Positions 21,530-30,642 of a stretch of 64,000 bases of DNA are shown one piece after another. Position 1 is the stretch's first letter. Every line of letters begins with the position of its first letter. The notes beneath the pieces are model-generated. The model made no database searches and had not been told where the DNA came from. It saw only the letters and a program-made list of their open reading frames with translations. The position numbers and the translations under genes are program-made. Source of the stretch: Halobacteriovoraceae bacterium (lineage in GTDB: Bacteria; Bdellovibrionota; Bacteriovoracia; Bacteriovoracales; Bacteriovoracaceae); contig CAVRCF010000002.1 in NCBI GenBank assembly GCA_963719505.1, forward strand, positions 128,001 through 192,000, given 5' to 3'.

Positions 21530-22750
21530 AGTGTTTCCTTCAAGGCAAAGATACTGAATATCTCCTCCAAACTTTCTGACAATTTCTCTCGATAAACTCA
21601 AGCCAAGTCCTGTGCCTGAAGCTGAATCCTTTGTCGTAAAAAAAGGAGTAAATAATTGGTTTTTGACATCTTTTGGAATTCCTTCACCAGAGTCAGTAAT
21701 AAAAATTTCAATTTTCCCATTATTTCTTTTGCTGGTGATTTTGATCCATGGCTCCTCCATGGAAGATACAGCATCGATAGCATTACCGATAAGATTGACG
21801 AAGACTTGAGTGAGGCGAGATTTTTCGGCTTCAACCATTAAGTCTTCAATATGTTTTGAAAAGATCTCAATCTTTTTAAAATCCTTTTTTGAAAAAGAGT
21901 TAAAGTAAATAGCTTCTTGAATGATATCGTTAACGATAACTTTTTGTGGGGTAAAGTCGAAGCTATCCGACCTAGAGTACTGGCGCAAGCTATCGGATAT
22001 CTTCTTCATCCTGTGTGTCGCATCTAAGATATTATCAACAAATTTTTCACTCTCGCCAGTTTGAGTTTGTTTTAGAACTTTAGCAGAGCCATCAATAATA
22101 GTTAGCGGGTTGTTGATCTCATGAAGAATGCCGGCGGACATTTCGCCAAGAGAGCTCAACTTTGCCGCTTGGATAAGTTTTTTGTTTTCATCGTCTAGAG
22201 TTTTTTGGAAGGGAATAATAACGCCAAAAAATTCAAAAATCATAATGAGAGAAATAAGGGCAAATAAACTGTATTCAATGTAGCTTAGCCTTATAATTTG
22301 TGAATCAAATTTATTATCAATATAGAAAACAAAATCATTCATCTCAACCAAAAAATTATCAGCCGCTTCTGTCGTTGAAGGTTTGAGTTGTTCACAAAGA
22401 GGTTCCTCACAAAGAGCTCCACTTTTAATGATGTCAATTGTGGGCTCTAGCTGTGCAAGTTTTCCAATTTCTTCTGGAAGATTTTTTTTCAAAAAGTCAT
22501 GAGAGGTTTATAAGGTTATAACGGCTTCTTCTATTTCAGCTTTTCCTTGTTCACCTTTGTAGATGAGCTTCGCTATTTTTTGAGACAGCATTCGCTGTCG
22601 ACCAGCAATATTAACAATACTTGAATTCATTTCTTGCTGATGAATATAATTTTGAATATAGACTTGAGCGATTAATGTAAAAACAAAAATTGACATGAAG
22701 ACGATAAGGTACTTTTCAGTAATAGGATTGAGCTTTTTAAGTTTTATCAT
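21500..22750 (-). pseudogene. Sensor histidine kinase with NarX/PilJ-like periplasmic N-terminus, broken by an in-frame TAA at 22508-22510
   Basis: NIAGRQRMLSQK sensor motif; HEINNPL, NAIDA, DSGEG, GTGLGL; the two ORFs are in the same frame. Confidence 0.8.
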
Positions 22751-22817
22751 TGTACTATTGTAAACTATTGTTCCTTTGTGTGGAAGGTTAACTTTATTTA
22801 AGTGCGCTCTTTTAGAA

Positions 22818-22844
22818 TAAAAAAGCCCACTTTTGAAGTGGGCT
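22818..22844 (-). terminator. Intrinsic terminator downstream of 22887-23690
   Basis: AGCCCACTT-loop-AAGTGGGCT with an A-run on the left (T-run on minus). Confidence 0.8.
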
Positions 22845-22886
22845 CTCTTAATTGGGGGAGATATTATTTAAGAGTGTGTACCGGTT

Positions 22887-23690
22887 TTACCAACCATTAC
22901 CACGTTTAAATTTAATTCGGATTTGTTCAATCATAACTTTTTGACCAGTCGCCGTTACTCTTAACATTAGGTCCCTGACAGTTGCGAAACTAAGTGTTCT
23001 CACTGATTGTGTAGTCTGCCCTGATACTTGAATAGAAGCAGGTCTATGTCCAGATCCTGTCAGGTGGATGATGCCTTTTCCTCTGGCGACAATTGTAACC
23101 GCTTCAATCTGTTGGTTAGGATCAATTCTTGGACCGTAAGCTGTTAATTGAGAGAGGCTTACTCTTTGAGAACCGTAAAAAGCTTGGTTAACATTAACGA
23201 GAACATTTTGGCTGTATCCGCCTTGCCCGTGTCCACCGCCTAGAGCTCCTTTGACTTTGATTCCAACCATTTTAGCTACAACATTGCCATGGACTTCAAT
23301 TTGAATCGTTCTCAAATCATATCCAATAATATTTTGTGACCAACTATTTAAATCAAACACAAGTCTTGAGTCTTGTCTTGGGATCGTTTGTGAATATCCC
23401 ACTCTCATGCCGTTTATTAATAGAGTCGCTTGTGCATTGCCGCCTCTAGAGCTGGCTTTGAGGATAACTTTTTTTACTTCTAGTCCTTGCAAGGGAACAG
23501 TTGTTGCTTGATTGACCAAAGCTTTGACTGAAAGAGTGCTATAACCTTGAAGCACTTTGTGAATATTGGCCTTTAAAATGTCTTGTTGATGGTTTTGTGC
23601 GTAAGCGTTGTTGAAAGAGAACGCTAAAACCAGTGTTAAAAAACATTGGACCATTATTAGACGTGTCTGTGTTAAATGAGCTTTGTTCAT
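22887..23690 (-). CDS. Secreted two-module beta-rich hypothetical protein
   Basis: Signal peptide ending AYA; two beta-rich modules joined by a Gly-rich linker. Confidence 0.7.
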   Translation of the reverse strand: MNKAHLTQTRLIMVQCFLTLVLAFSFNNAYAQNHQQDILKANIHKVLQGYSTLSVKALVNQATTVPLQGLEVKKVILKASSRGGNAQATLLINGMRVGYSQTIPRQDSRLVFDLNSWSQNIIGYDLRTIQIEVHGNVVAKMVGIKVKGALGGGHGQGGYSQNVLVNVNQAFYGSQRVSLSQLTAYGPRIDPNQQIEAVTIVARGKGIIHLTGSGHRPASIQVSGQTTQSVRTLSFATVRDLMLRVTATGQKVMIEQIRIKFKRGNGW

Positions 23691-23744
23691 TTTTTCCCCT
23701 TTGTTGAGAACTTTCGTGTTCTTAATTGGCTTACATTGAAAAGG

Positions 23745-23761
23745 AGCAAGGAATGTGCCAA
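23745..23761 (-). promoter_or_regulatory. Sigma54 (-24/-12) promoter
   Basis: TTGGCACATTCCTTGCT on minus strand, matching TGGCAC-N5-TTGCW, 55 bp upstream of ATG 23690. Confidence 0.8.
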
Positions 23762-23940
23762 GTATTTGTGCCAGTTATAGACACCGTGCAAATTTCAATT
23801 ACGGAGGTTTTAGTATAACTTAAATACCCAGAAACAGGTCTTATCGGGTATTTTTTTGACGCCAAGTGTAAGGAATCATTGATGTTTTTGATTAAAGAGC
23901 AAAATGGCCCTGGTGCCAGAAGGCATCTGACATAAAAGCT

Positions 23941-23967
23941 CAAGTAAAATCACAGTGACACCGATAG
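23941..23967 (+). promoter_or_regulatory. Sigma28/FliA-like promoter upstream of gltA
   Basis: CAAG-N15-ACCGATAG. Confidence 0.45.
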
Positions 23968-24018
23968 ATGGGTATAAAGAACAAACAATAATAAAGCGAC
24001 AATAAAAGGGGAATTCTT

Positions 24019-25281
24019 ATGTCCAAAACAGCAAAGTTAGATTTAGGCGACCAGTCTATTGAACTTCCAATCATTGAAGGAACTGAGGGCGAAAAGGCTG
24101 TTGATATTTCAAAGTTGAGATCGACAACAGGTTTTATCACATACGATCTTGGACTTGGAAACACGGGAGCATGTCTATCAGATATTACTTTTATTTCTGG
24201 TGAAAAAGGAATCTTAAAGCACAGAGGGTATACCTGCGAGGACTTAGCTAAAAATTCGTCTTTTATTGAAACATCGTTTTTGGTGATCAACGGTTCATTG
24301 CCTTCAAAAGATCAACTGGCCGCTTTTTCAGCGAAGATAAAAGAAGGAAGTAAAATTCCTGAGGGCATTAAAAATATTATCAAATCATTCCCAAAAGATG
24401 CACATCCAATGGGGATCACATCAGCAGCCATGGTTGGACTTTCTGGGTTTTACCCGGATCTTCTGGATCAAGACCTCTCTGATGATAAAAAAGCTCAAAT
24501 TATCCCTCTACTTATGGGACAGCTTAAAACAATTTCTGCTGCCGTTTACAGACACGGTCAGGGAAAAGAGTTTGTCGAATCGAATCCAAACTTTGACTAT
24601 ATTACAGACTTTCTCTATATGATGACGGGATCTGAGCCAAATGCTGATGTGGCCAAGGCATTAGATGTTCTTTTAATCCTTCACGCTGATCATGAGCAGA
24701 ACTGTTCTGCTTCAACGGTTAGAGTTGTTGGATCATCTAAAGCAAATCTTTTTGCCTCTCTGTCTGCAGGAATCAACGCGCTTTGGGGACCTCTTCACGG
24801 AGGGGCCAATCAAGCTGTTCTAGAAATGCTTGAAGCTATTCAAAATGATGGTGGAGGATATGAGAAGTTTATTGCAAAAGCAAAAGACAAAGAGGATCCA
24901 TTTAGACTTATGGGATTTGGACACAGAGTTTATAAAAACTTTGATCCAAGAGCAAAGGTGATCAAAAATTACTGTGATGTTGTTTTAGATAAGTTAAATG
25001 TAGAAGATCCACTTTTAGATATTGCAAAGGGCTTAGAGAAAACGGCGCTCGAAGACGAATACTTTTCAGCGAGAAAGCTTTTTCCAAATGTAGATTTCTA
25101 TTCGGGAATTATTTATAAAGCTCTGGGAATTCCAACAAATATGTTTACTGTTATGTTTGCTCTTGGCCGTCAGCCAGGGTGGATTGCACAGTGGAAAGAA
25201 CTTGTGGAGGATCCAAATATGAGAATTACGAGACCTCGACAAATTTACCAAGGTAAAACAGACGAGAAATATAATAAATAA
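24019..25281 (+). CDS. gltA: Citrate synthase
   Basis: LHADHEQN, GPLHGGAN, GFGHRVY, PNVDFY, RPRQ. Confidence 0.97.
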   Translation: MSKTAKLDLGDQSIELPIIEGTEGEKAVDISKLRSTTGFITYDLGLGNTGACLSDITFISGEKGILKHRGYTCEDLAKNSSFIETSFLVINGSLPSKDQLAAFSAKIKEGSKIPEGIKNIIKSFPKDAHPMGITSAAMVGLSGFYPDLLDQDLSDDKKAQIIPLLMGQLKTISAAVYRHGQGKEFVESNPNFDYITDFLYMMTGSEPNADVAKALDVLLILHADHEQNCSASTVRVVGSSKANLFASLSAGINALWGPLHGGANQAVLEMLEAIQNDGGGYEKFIAKAKDKEDPFRLMGFGHRVYKNFDPRAKVIKNYCDVVLDKLNVEDPLLDIAKGLEKTALEDEYFSARKLFPNVDFYSGIIYKALGIPTNMFTVMFALGRQPGWIAQWKELVEDPNMRITRPRQIYQGKTDEKYNK

Positions 25282-25284
25282 ACC

Positions 25285-25308
25285 AAAGCCCTCGGAAGAG
25301 GGCTTTTT
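25285..25308 (+). terminator. Intrinsic terminator after gltA
   Basis: AAAGCCCTC-GGAA-GAGGGCTTTTT. Confidence 0.85.
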
Positions 25309-25311
25309 ATT

Positions 25312-26334
25312 ATGAACTTAACTGATATAAAACCATTTCTTATTCACCGATTTAAATCCGAAGGTGATTTAATCAAGGCCATTAATAAAGTTAGTGATAA
25401 CTTTACGTCTTCTCGAGATGATCTCAAAGACTATCTTGAAGATGAAAGGTTGGTTGCAGCTTACGCAGCATTTTACTTAACGACAAACTTTCCTAAATTC
25501 TCCCATTGTATGGATTATCTCAGTGACTATAAGAGCTTGCTTCAAGAAAGTGAACTTATAGACATCGGAGTTGGGCCAGGCACTTTTTTATTCGCTATCG
25601 GGGAGTACTTTAACTGGGAGATCTCGACTCTTTATGGAATAGAGACCTCTCATCTGATGAAAAAACAAGCAGCAAAAATCAAAGAAGGACTATTTGCTGA
25701 CAAAGATATTGAGATTGTCTCCAACTCAAATCTCATTCCTAAAAAGTCGAAGAAAAGAATTTTAATATTTACTCACTCGGTTAATGAGATGGGAGTAGAG
25801 CTTGCCTTAAAGTATATAAGAGATCTTGAGCCCGATGGAGTGATGTTTATAGAGCCTGGGACAAAGAGCTTTTTTAAAGAGTATTTACAGCTGAGGGATA
25901 AGCTCATTGGTGATGGCTTTGATTGTCACTATCCTTGTCCGACAAATAATACCTGTCCTATGAAGGATAAGGATGACTGGTGCCATCAATATATTCGAGT
26001 GAGCCATGACCCCGAAGTTAGCCGATTGGCCCAGCTTGTTAGCATTAATAGAGTTTGGCAGCCTATGACTCTTGGTCTTTATTTAAAAGAAGAAGTAAAA
26101 CAGAAGATTGAGGCGAGGATTATAAGAACATATCCAGAGACAAAATTTAGCCTGGGTTGGGACTTATGTTATAATACAAATGAATTAACCTTTGTCGAGG
26201 TTATCAAAAAAGACTATGATAAAAGGCAAGTAAAAGTTCTCTCGTCGTACCTCGCTGGAAAAAAAGTTGCCTTCTCAATAAAAAAAGAACTCACTGATAG
26301 ACTTAGAATTAAAGTAGAGGGTGATATTGGCTAA
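25312..26334 (+). CDS. Rsm22-like SAM-dependent methyltransferase
   Basis: AYAAFY, DIGVGPGT, IEPGT, PC-x4-CPM-x4-DWCH Cys cluster. Confidence 0.75.
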   Translation: MNLTDIKPFLIHRFKSEGDLIKAINKVSDNFTSSRDDLKDYLEDERLVAAYAAFYLTTNFPKFSHCMDYLSDYKSLLQESELIDIGVGPGTFLFAIGEYFNWEISTLYGIETSHLMKKQAAKIKEGLFADKDIEIVSNSNLIPKKSKKRILIFTHSVNEMGVELALKYIRDLEPDGVMFIEPGTKSFFKEYLQLRDKLIGDGFDCHYPCPTNNTCPMKDKDDWCHQYIRVSHDPEVSRLAQLVSINRVWQPMTLGLYLKEEVKQKIEARIIRTYPETKFSLGWDLCYNTNELTFVEVIKKDYDKRQVKVLSSYLAGKKVAFSIKKELTDRLRIKVEGDIG

Positions 26335-26692
26335 ATTAACAAACTATAAAATTTTACTTGTGGATGATGATCAGAACCTAAGATCAATTCTCAAAGAAAA
26401 TTTAATAAAACACGGAGGCTTAGTTGCTGAGGTGGATAGTGGTGAGAAAGCGTTTGCCCAAATAAAAAAACATCACTTTGATGTCGTCATATCAGATCTT
26501 CGATCCACTAATAAATCTGGAGAAGAATTAATGAAACTTATCAGAAGCTATGGAGGAAAAGCTCCTCGTACTATTTTGGTGAGCTCTTTCAGTGATATCT
26601 CAAGCAAAAAGGACAAAGAAGCCGGTAAAGAAGGGCTATATTTAGTTCCTCAAAAAATTGATGATCTTATTGAATTAATTATTAACCCTTAA
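26321..26692 (+). CDS. Single-domain response regulator (receiver)
   Basis: ILLVDDD, DVVISDL; the canonical KP motif is not evident. Confidence 0.75.
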   Translation: MILAKLTNYKILLVDDDQNLRSILKENLIKHGGLVAEVDSGEKAFAQIKKHHFDVVISDLRSTNKSGEELMKLIRSYGGKAPRTILVSSFSDISSKKDKEAGKEGLYLVPQKIDDLIELIINP

Positions 26693-28377
26693 TCAATTCC
26701 AAAATCATTTTCGCCAAATTGAGTTTTGTCTTTAGCATTACTTCTTGGATTTTTTAGTGATAGTGGTTTCGTAATAACTTTCTTCGCTTGCTCAATTCCG
26801 TAATTTAAATATTCAGGTTCATCAGAATGCACCTTTTTTGATTCTTCTTTAAACATGTGAATCGTTTGAGTTGGGAAAGCAAAACTTATATCCATCTCAT
26901 TAGCGAGTTGAAGAATATCTATCATGAGTCTATGTTTTTCGGCTTGCTCTCTTGCGTACTCAGGGGTTTCCCAAAAAACCTGGAGCTGAATTTCTAAAGC
27001 ACTAGCACCAAAATTGACAAAGTAGATATTGAAATTGTCTTTACGAGTCCACTTATGGCTCAAAATAATTTGGCGGATTCCCTCGCAAAACGCTTCAACT
27101 TTTTTTGGAGGAGTATCGTATTCAATGCCAAGTGTGGTGTTAAGTCTACGATAACGTCTTTTACCATTATTATCGATTGCTCTATTGGCCAAAATTCCAT
27201 TTGAGACGCTGATGAGAGAATCGTAGAATGTTCTCACCTTCGTTGAACGGAAACCAACTTCAACAACCGTTCCTTCAATATCACCGGCGACAATAGAGTC
27301 ACCAATATCAAAGGGGCGATCTAAGACGAGCATAATAGAGCCAAAGAAGTTGGCCAAAGTATCTTTAGCAGCAAAGGCGAATGCTAAGCCACCAATTCCA
27401 AGCCCAGCTATAACTCCTGTTATATCAATGGTGAAACTGTAGGCCACATACATAGCTCCCAAAATATAGAGAAAAACAAAAGTTGTTTTAGTCAGTAAAG
27501 GAATAAGAATATCGTCAAACTTTGAATCTGTACGAGCGCTTCTTTGTTGGAAGTAGTAAGAAAGCATATGGATGATTCTGTGACCAAGCCAAACGGTAAA
27601 AAAGGATGTGATAATAAGAAGCGATCGATTGAGAAAACTTAGAAGACTTACAGGTAAATCCAAATATGTTATTCCTGGAATTAATAAAAGGATAAAGGCC
27701 AATCGCCGAAAGGGGACAAGAGCTTTTTGTAAAAGATCGCTTGAGTTCACTTTAAAGACGTTAATGTATTTATTGACGATCATCTCTGCAATAAAGCCGA
27801 TGATTCTCTCAAGAATAAAGGCGATAAATAAAAGGGCAAGAAAACCAAGCCACTGCCAATGCTCAAGAAGAAATCCCTTTTTCTGCAAGCGCTCAGGAAC
27901 CTTTGAGCGAATATAATTTTCAAAATGGCTCTCAACAACATCTCCAGCAACAGGTGCATCTTTATATTTTTGAGTATAGTACTTTAATGACTTGAGAGTC
28001 GCTTTAGTGAAAAGCCATTTATCATTGACCAGCCCAATTGAAATCTCGGCCGTATTTCCAAGATCATCTCTGGTTTTATCAAAGTACCATATTGATCCAT
28101 CAACTTTTTGAGGAATTTTGCTGTAGTCAATTTTCTCCATTCTATCGAGAACAAAAACTAAGCTATTTGAATACTTCTTTCCAATACTAAATTTTATATT
28201 GTCGTTATATTCAGACAGATCCAAAGTTGCAATGGCCTGATTATAATAGAGCTCATGATTTAAATTTTGTTTTTTTATTTGAACCATGGGTTTTAGAAAA
28301 GATTCCATGGTGTCTCTTGGGTCTGAAGTTCCAGCAAAGAGCGATATAGAGAATATTAAAACGAGAAGTATGCGCAT
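26689..28377 (-). CDS. mscS: Small-conductance mechanosensitive channel (MscS family, long N-terminus)
   Basis: GLGIGGLAFAFAAKDTLANFFG, RPFDIGD, GFRSTKVR, FAFPTQT. Confidence 0.9.
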   Translation of the reverse strand: MRILLVLIFSISLFAGTSDPRDTMESFLKPMVQIKKQNLNHELYYNQAIATLDLSEYNDNIKFSIGKKYSNSLVFVLDRMEKIDYSKIPQKVDGSIWYFDKTRDDLGNTAEISIGLVNDKWLFTKATLKSLKYYTQKYKDAPVAGDVVESHFENYIRSKVPERLQKKGFLLEHWQWLGFLALLFIAFILERIIGFIAEMIVNKYINVFKVNSSDLLQKALVPFRRLAFILLLIPGITYLDLPVSLLSFLNRSLLIITSFFTVWLGHRIIHMLSYYFQQRSARTDSKFDDILIPLLTKTTFVFLYILGAMYVAYSFTIDITGVIAGLGIGGLAFAFAAKDTLANFFGSIMLVLDRPFDIGDSIVAGDIEGTVVEVGFRSTKVRTFYDSLISVSNGILANRAIDNNGKRRYRRLNTTLGIEYDTPPKKVEAFCEGIRQIILSHKWTRKDNFNIYFVNFGASALEIQLQVFWETPEYAREQAEKHRLMIDILQLANEMDISFAFPTQTIHMFKEESKKVHSDEPEYLNYGIEQAKKVITKPLSLKNPRSNAKDKTQFGENDFGID

Positions 28378-28380
28378 AAA

Positions 28381-28433
28381 AAATCCTTAGAATAGTGATA
28401 ATTTATTCTAAGGATTTGATTTGATTTTGTCAG
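28381..28433 (-). promoter_or_regulatory. Perfect 14-bp inverted repeat covering the mscS RBS, overlapping a sigma70 promoter
   Basis: AAATCCTTAGAATA (28381-28394)/TATTCTAAGGATTT (28404-28417); minus-strand CTGACA-17-TAGAAT. Confidence 0.65.
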
Positions 28434-28446
28434 TTATTGATTTGTT

Positions 28447-29346
28447 TTATTTAGGCTGAAGCATAAAGCCAATTGATGGGGCAGGAACACACCAGTAGTC
28501 TCGACAACACTTTTTGTTCACGGCACTTTCTCTTACATCATAGCGACCACTGGCCGCACTACCTCTTGTAAAGCCTGCTCTGCAACTAGGAGTACATGTT
28601 TGCCTACTCGTTCTTCGACATCTTTTATTGGAGACGGTGCATCTGGATTTATAATTAGTGGGAGTATTTGCTGTGAGAACTCCATCCACAGAATATAGAG
28701 GGGTCTTATTATAAGCCTCTCCCAATCCTCGGTCCACTATTTCTCCCACAGTTTCTCCTGTTAAAACACAGTCTCCGGATCCATTTATAGCACCGCCAAC
28801 AGCTTCGCATGATGAAGCGATAGCATTATCCAATTGCGAAAAACACTTGATGGGAACATTGATATTTGTTGGTGAAAATCCACCTTGGAGCTCAATTCTC
28901 TTTTTTATCAGACGCTCTTTTGTAGGACTTCTATCTTTATCAAATGTTATAACAAGGTCTAGTTCAGAAGCGGTTTTTCGCACAAATGCGATATCTTCAA
29001 CAAAGATTGTCCCGACTTGATCCCCCACAGATATTTGGGGAATCGCAGCACCCGGTCCTATTTTTGTTTTTATTGATTTTCCAGTTCCAAAGCTTTGCTC
29101 TAGAGTCGGGTTAATGGGAATTGATGTAAACTGGGTGAGAGTTGCTGCACAACTTTCTCTATTTAGCATATACTTTTGAACTCTATTAAAGACTTCGTTG
29201 ATGTCATTATTCATTTGGGACTCTCGATTAATTTGAGATGAGTTTTTCCCAAGTTGAGCAACGACTAAGGCGATTCCACCAACAGCGGCTGCGGCCATGA
29301 GGACGCTTATCATCGACATACCATTTTGGTTTCTTAAAAAATTCAT
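28447..29346 (-). CDS. Prepilin-like protein 1 (no Glu+5) with cationic Cys-rich C-terminal domain
   Basis: MNFLRNQNG|MSMISVLMAAAAVGG class III signal; shared KCFSQLD..C..GG..C motif; AGGAG RBS. Confidence 0.8.
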   Translation of the reverse strand: MNFLRNQNGMSMISVLMAAAAVGGIALVVAQLGKNSSQINRESQMNNDINEVFNRVQKYMLNRESCAATLTQFTSIPINPTLEQSFGTGKSIKTKIGPGAAIPQISVGDQVGTIFVEDIAFVRKTASELDLVITFDKDRSPTKERLIKKRIELQGGFSPTNINVPIKCFSQLDNAIASSCEAVGGAINGSGDCVLTGETVGEIVDRGLGEAYNKTPLYSVDGVLTANTPTNYKSRCTVSNKRCRRTSRQTCTPSCRAGFTRGSAASGRYDVRESAVNKKCCRDYWCVPAPSIGFMLQPK

Positions 29347-29499
29347 ACGCACTCCTAAAGCCTTCATTATATTTAGTTTTCTTTAATAATAAAGTTTGGC
29401 AACCTTTTCCGGACCTTCCATTTTGGGTTTAAAGGCATTATACATGCCCACACAAATCAAGAAGTAAAATTAGTGACTTAGAGGATCTTATGAATATTT

Positions 29500-29518
29500 G
29501 CGCCAACAAAACATTGCA
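29500..29518. promoter_or_regulatory. Conserved upstream motif, copy 1 (RYGCCA-N9-TGCA)
   Basis: GCGCCAACAAAACATTGCA; minus-strand TATAAT at 29437-29442. Confidence 0.55.
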
Positions 29519-29589
29519 GATACTTTGTACTATATGAACTTATAGATCTGCTTAGACTCACATATTTAGATGAGACATTTTACCATTAT

Positions 29590-30459
29590 TTAAAGGTTAA
29601 AATAGTGGCCAATAGGAGGATTCGCTTTTCGACAGTCTCTATAACAATTTCTCCATCTGGGTTTAAATCCACATAGATCACCTTTAGAACATTTTCCACC
29701 TAAATCTGTAAACCCGGATGGACAACTCGGAGGAGAACAACCGCTTTTACTACATTTTGAACATGTTTTTCTCGTTGTTGTATAGGTTAATGTCGACTTA
29801 AGACTACCATCACTATCAAGGTATATAGGCTTTTTTATGGGGTTTAAGATATCTTTAACGATTCTATCTTTAGTCGCATTCGTGAGTTCGCAGTGAGTGC
29901 CGGTAAGTGTTCCACCAACAGATTGACAAGCAGAAGCAATTGCTCCATCTAATTGAGAAAAACATTTAATCGGTTTTCCAGCCCCATTGAATTCAGTAGT
30001 GACCTCAAATCTTTTTCTTAAGATATTTTTGTTGAGTGGTCCCGGCTTTGGATCTCTATCAAAGTCCAAGATAAAGACTGCCTCGTTTGTAGAAACTCTT
30101 TCAAAATCAATTTTATCTAAAACCACTTTTGATGAGCCACCTAATTTGTCCCCAACTTTAAGTTTCTCAACTGGGGCTGCGGGAGGGAAGTGGGTCCAAA
30201 TTGAATTTACTGAAACGGTATTGCTAATAGAGACATTTGGAATATAGGTTAAGGTTTCTGAACAGCTGTCACTGTTGAGTAGATACTTTTGAATCCTATT
30301 AAATGCTTCGTTTATTTCTGCTGAGTTTGTGGCGTTTAATGTTACTTTCGCCGAGTTTTGTCCAAGTTGTGCGACAACAAGCGCGATACCTGCAGTCATG
30401 GCTGCGGCCATCATAACTGATACCAATGACAAACCTGTTTGATTTTTTTAAAATTTCAT
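29590..30459 (-). CDS. Prepilin-like protein 2 (no Glu+5) with Cys-rich C-terminal domain; in-frame TAA at codon 4
   Basis: ATG AAA TTT TAA AAA AAT CAA ACA GGT TTG TCA aligns with paralog MNFLRNQNGMS; AGGGG RBS. Confidence 0.75.
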
Positions 30460-30602
30460 TTATTCCCCTAAGTTTTTTTAGGTCAATTTAAAAAATATTG
30501 GAAACCTTCTCCAAGCTATTCGTTCTTGGTTTAAGAATATTATATATGAGTTTATATTGCGGTAAGCAATTTTAGGTAGTTATATAAACTTTTACTAAAA
30601 TA

Positions 30603-30621
30603 GCGCCAAAAAAAAGTTGCA
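30603..30621. promoter_or_regulatory. Conserved upstream motif, copy 2
   Basis: GCGCCAAAAAAAAGTTGCA; minus-strand TATAAT at 30539-30544. Confidence 0.55.
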
Positions 30622-30642
30622 GATTATGGTTTATGTGTAGGT

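Noticed and set aside
29500-30621. Sigma54 promoters at the pilin upstream motif
   Set aside because: TGGC and TTGC lie on opposite strands; no GG-N10-GC on either strand.
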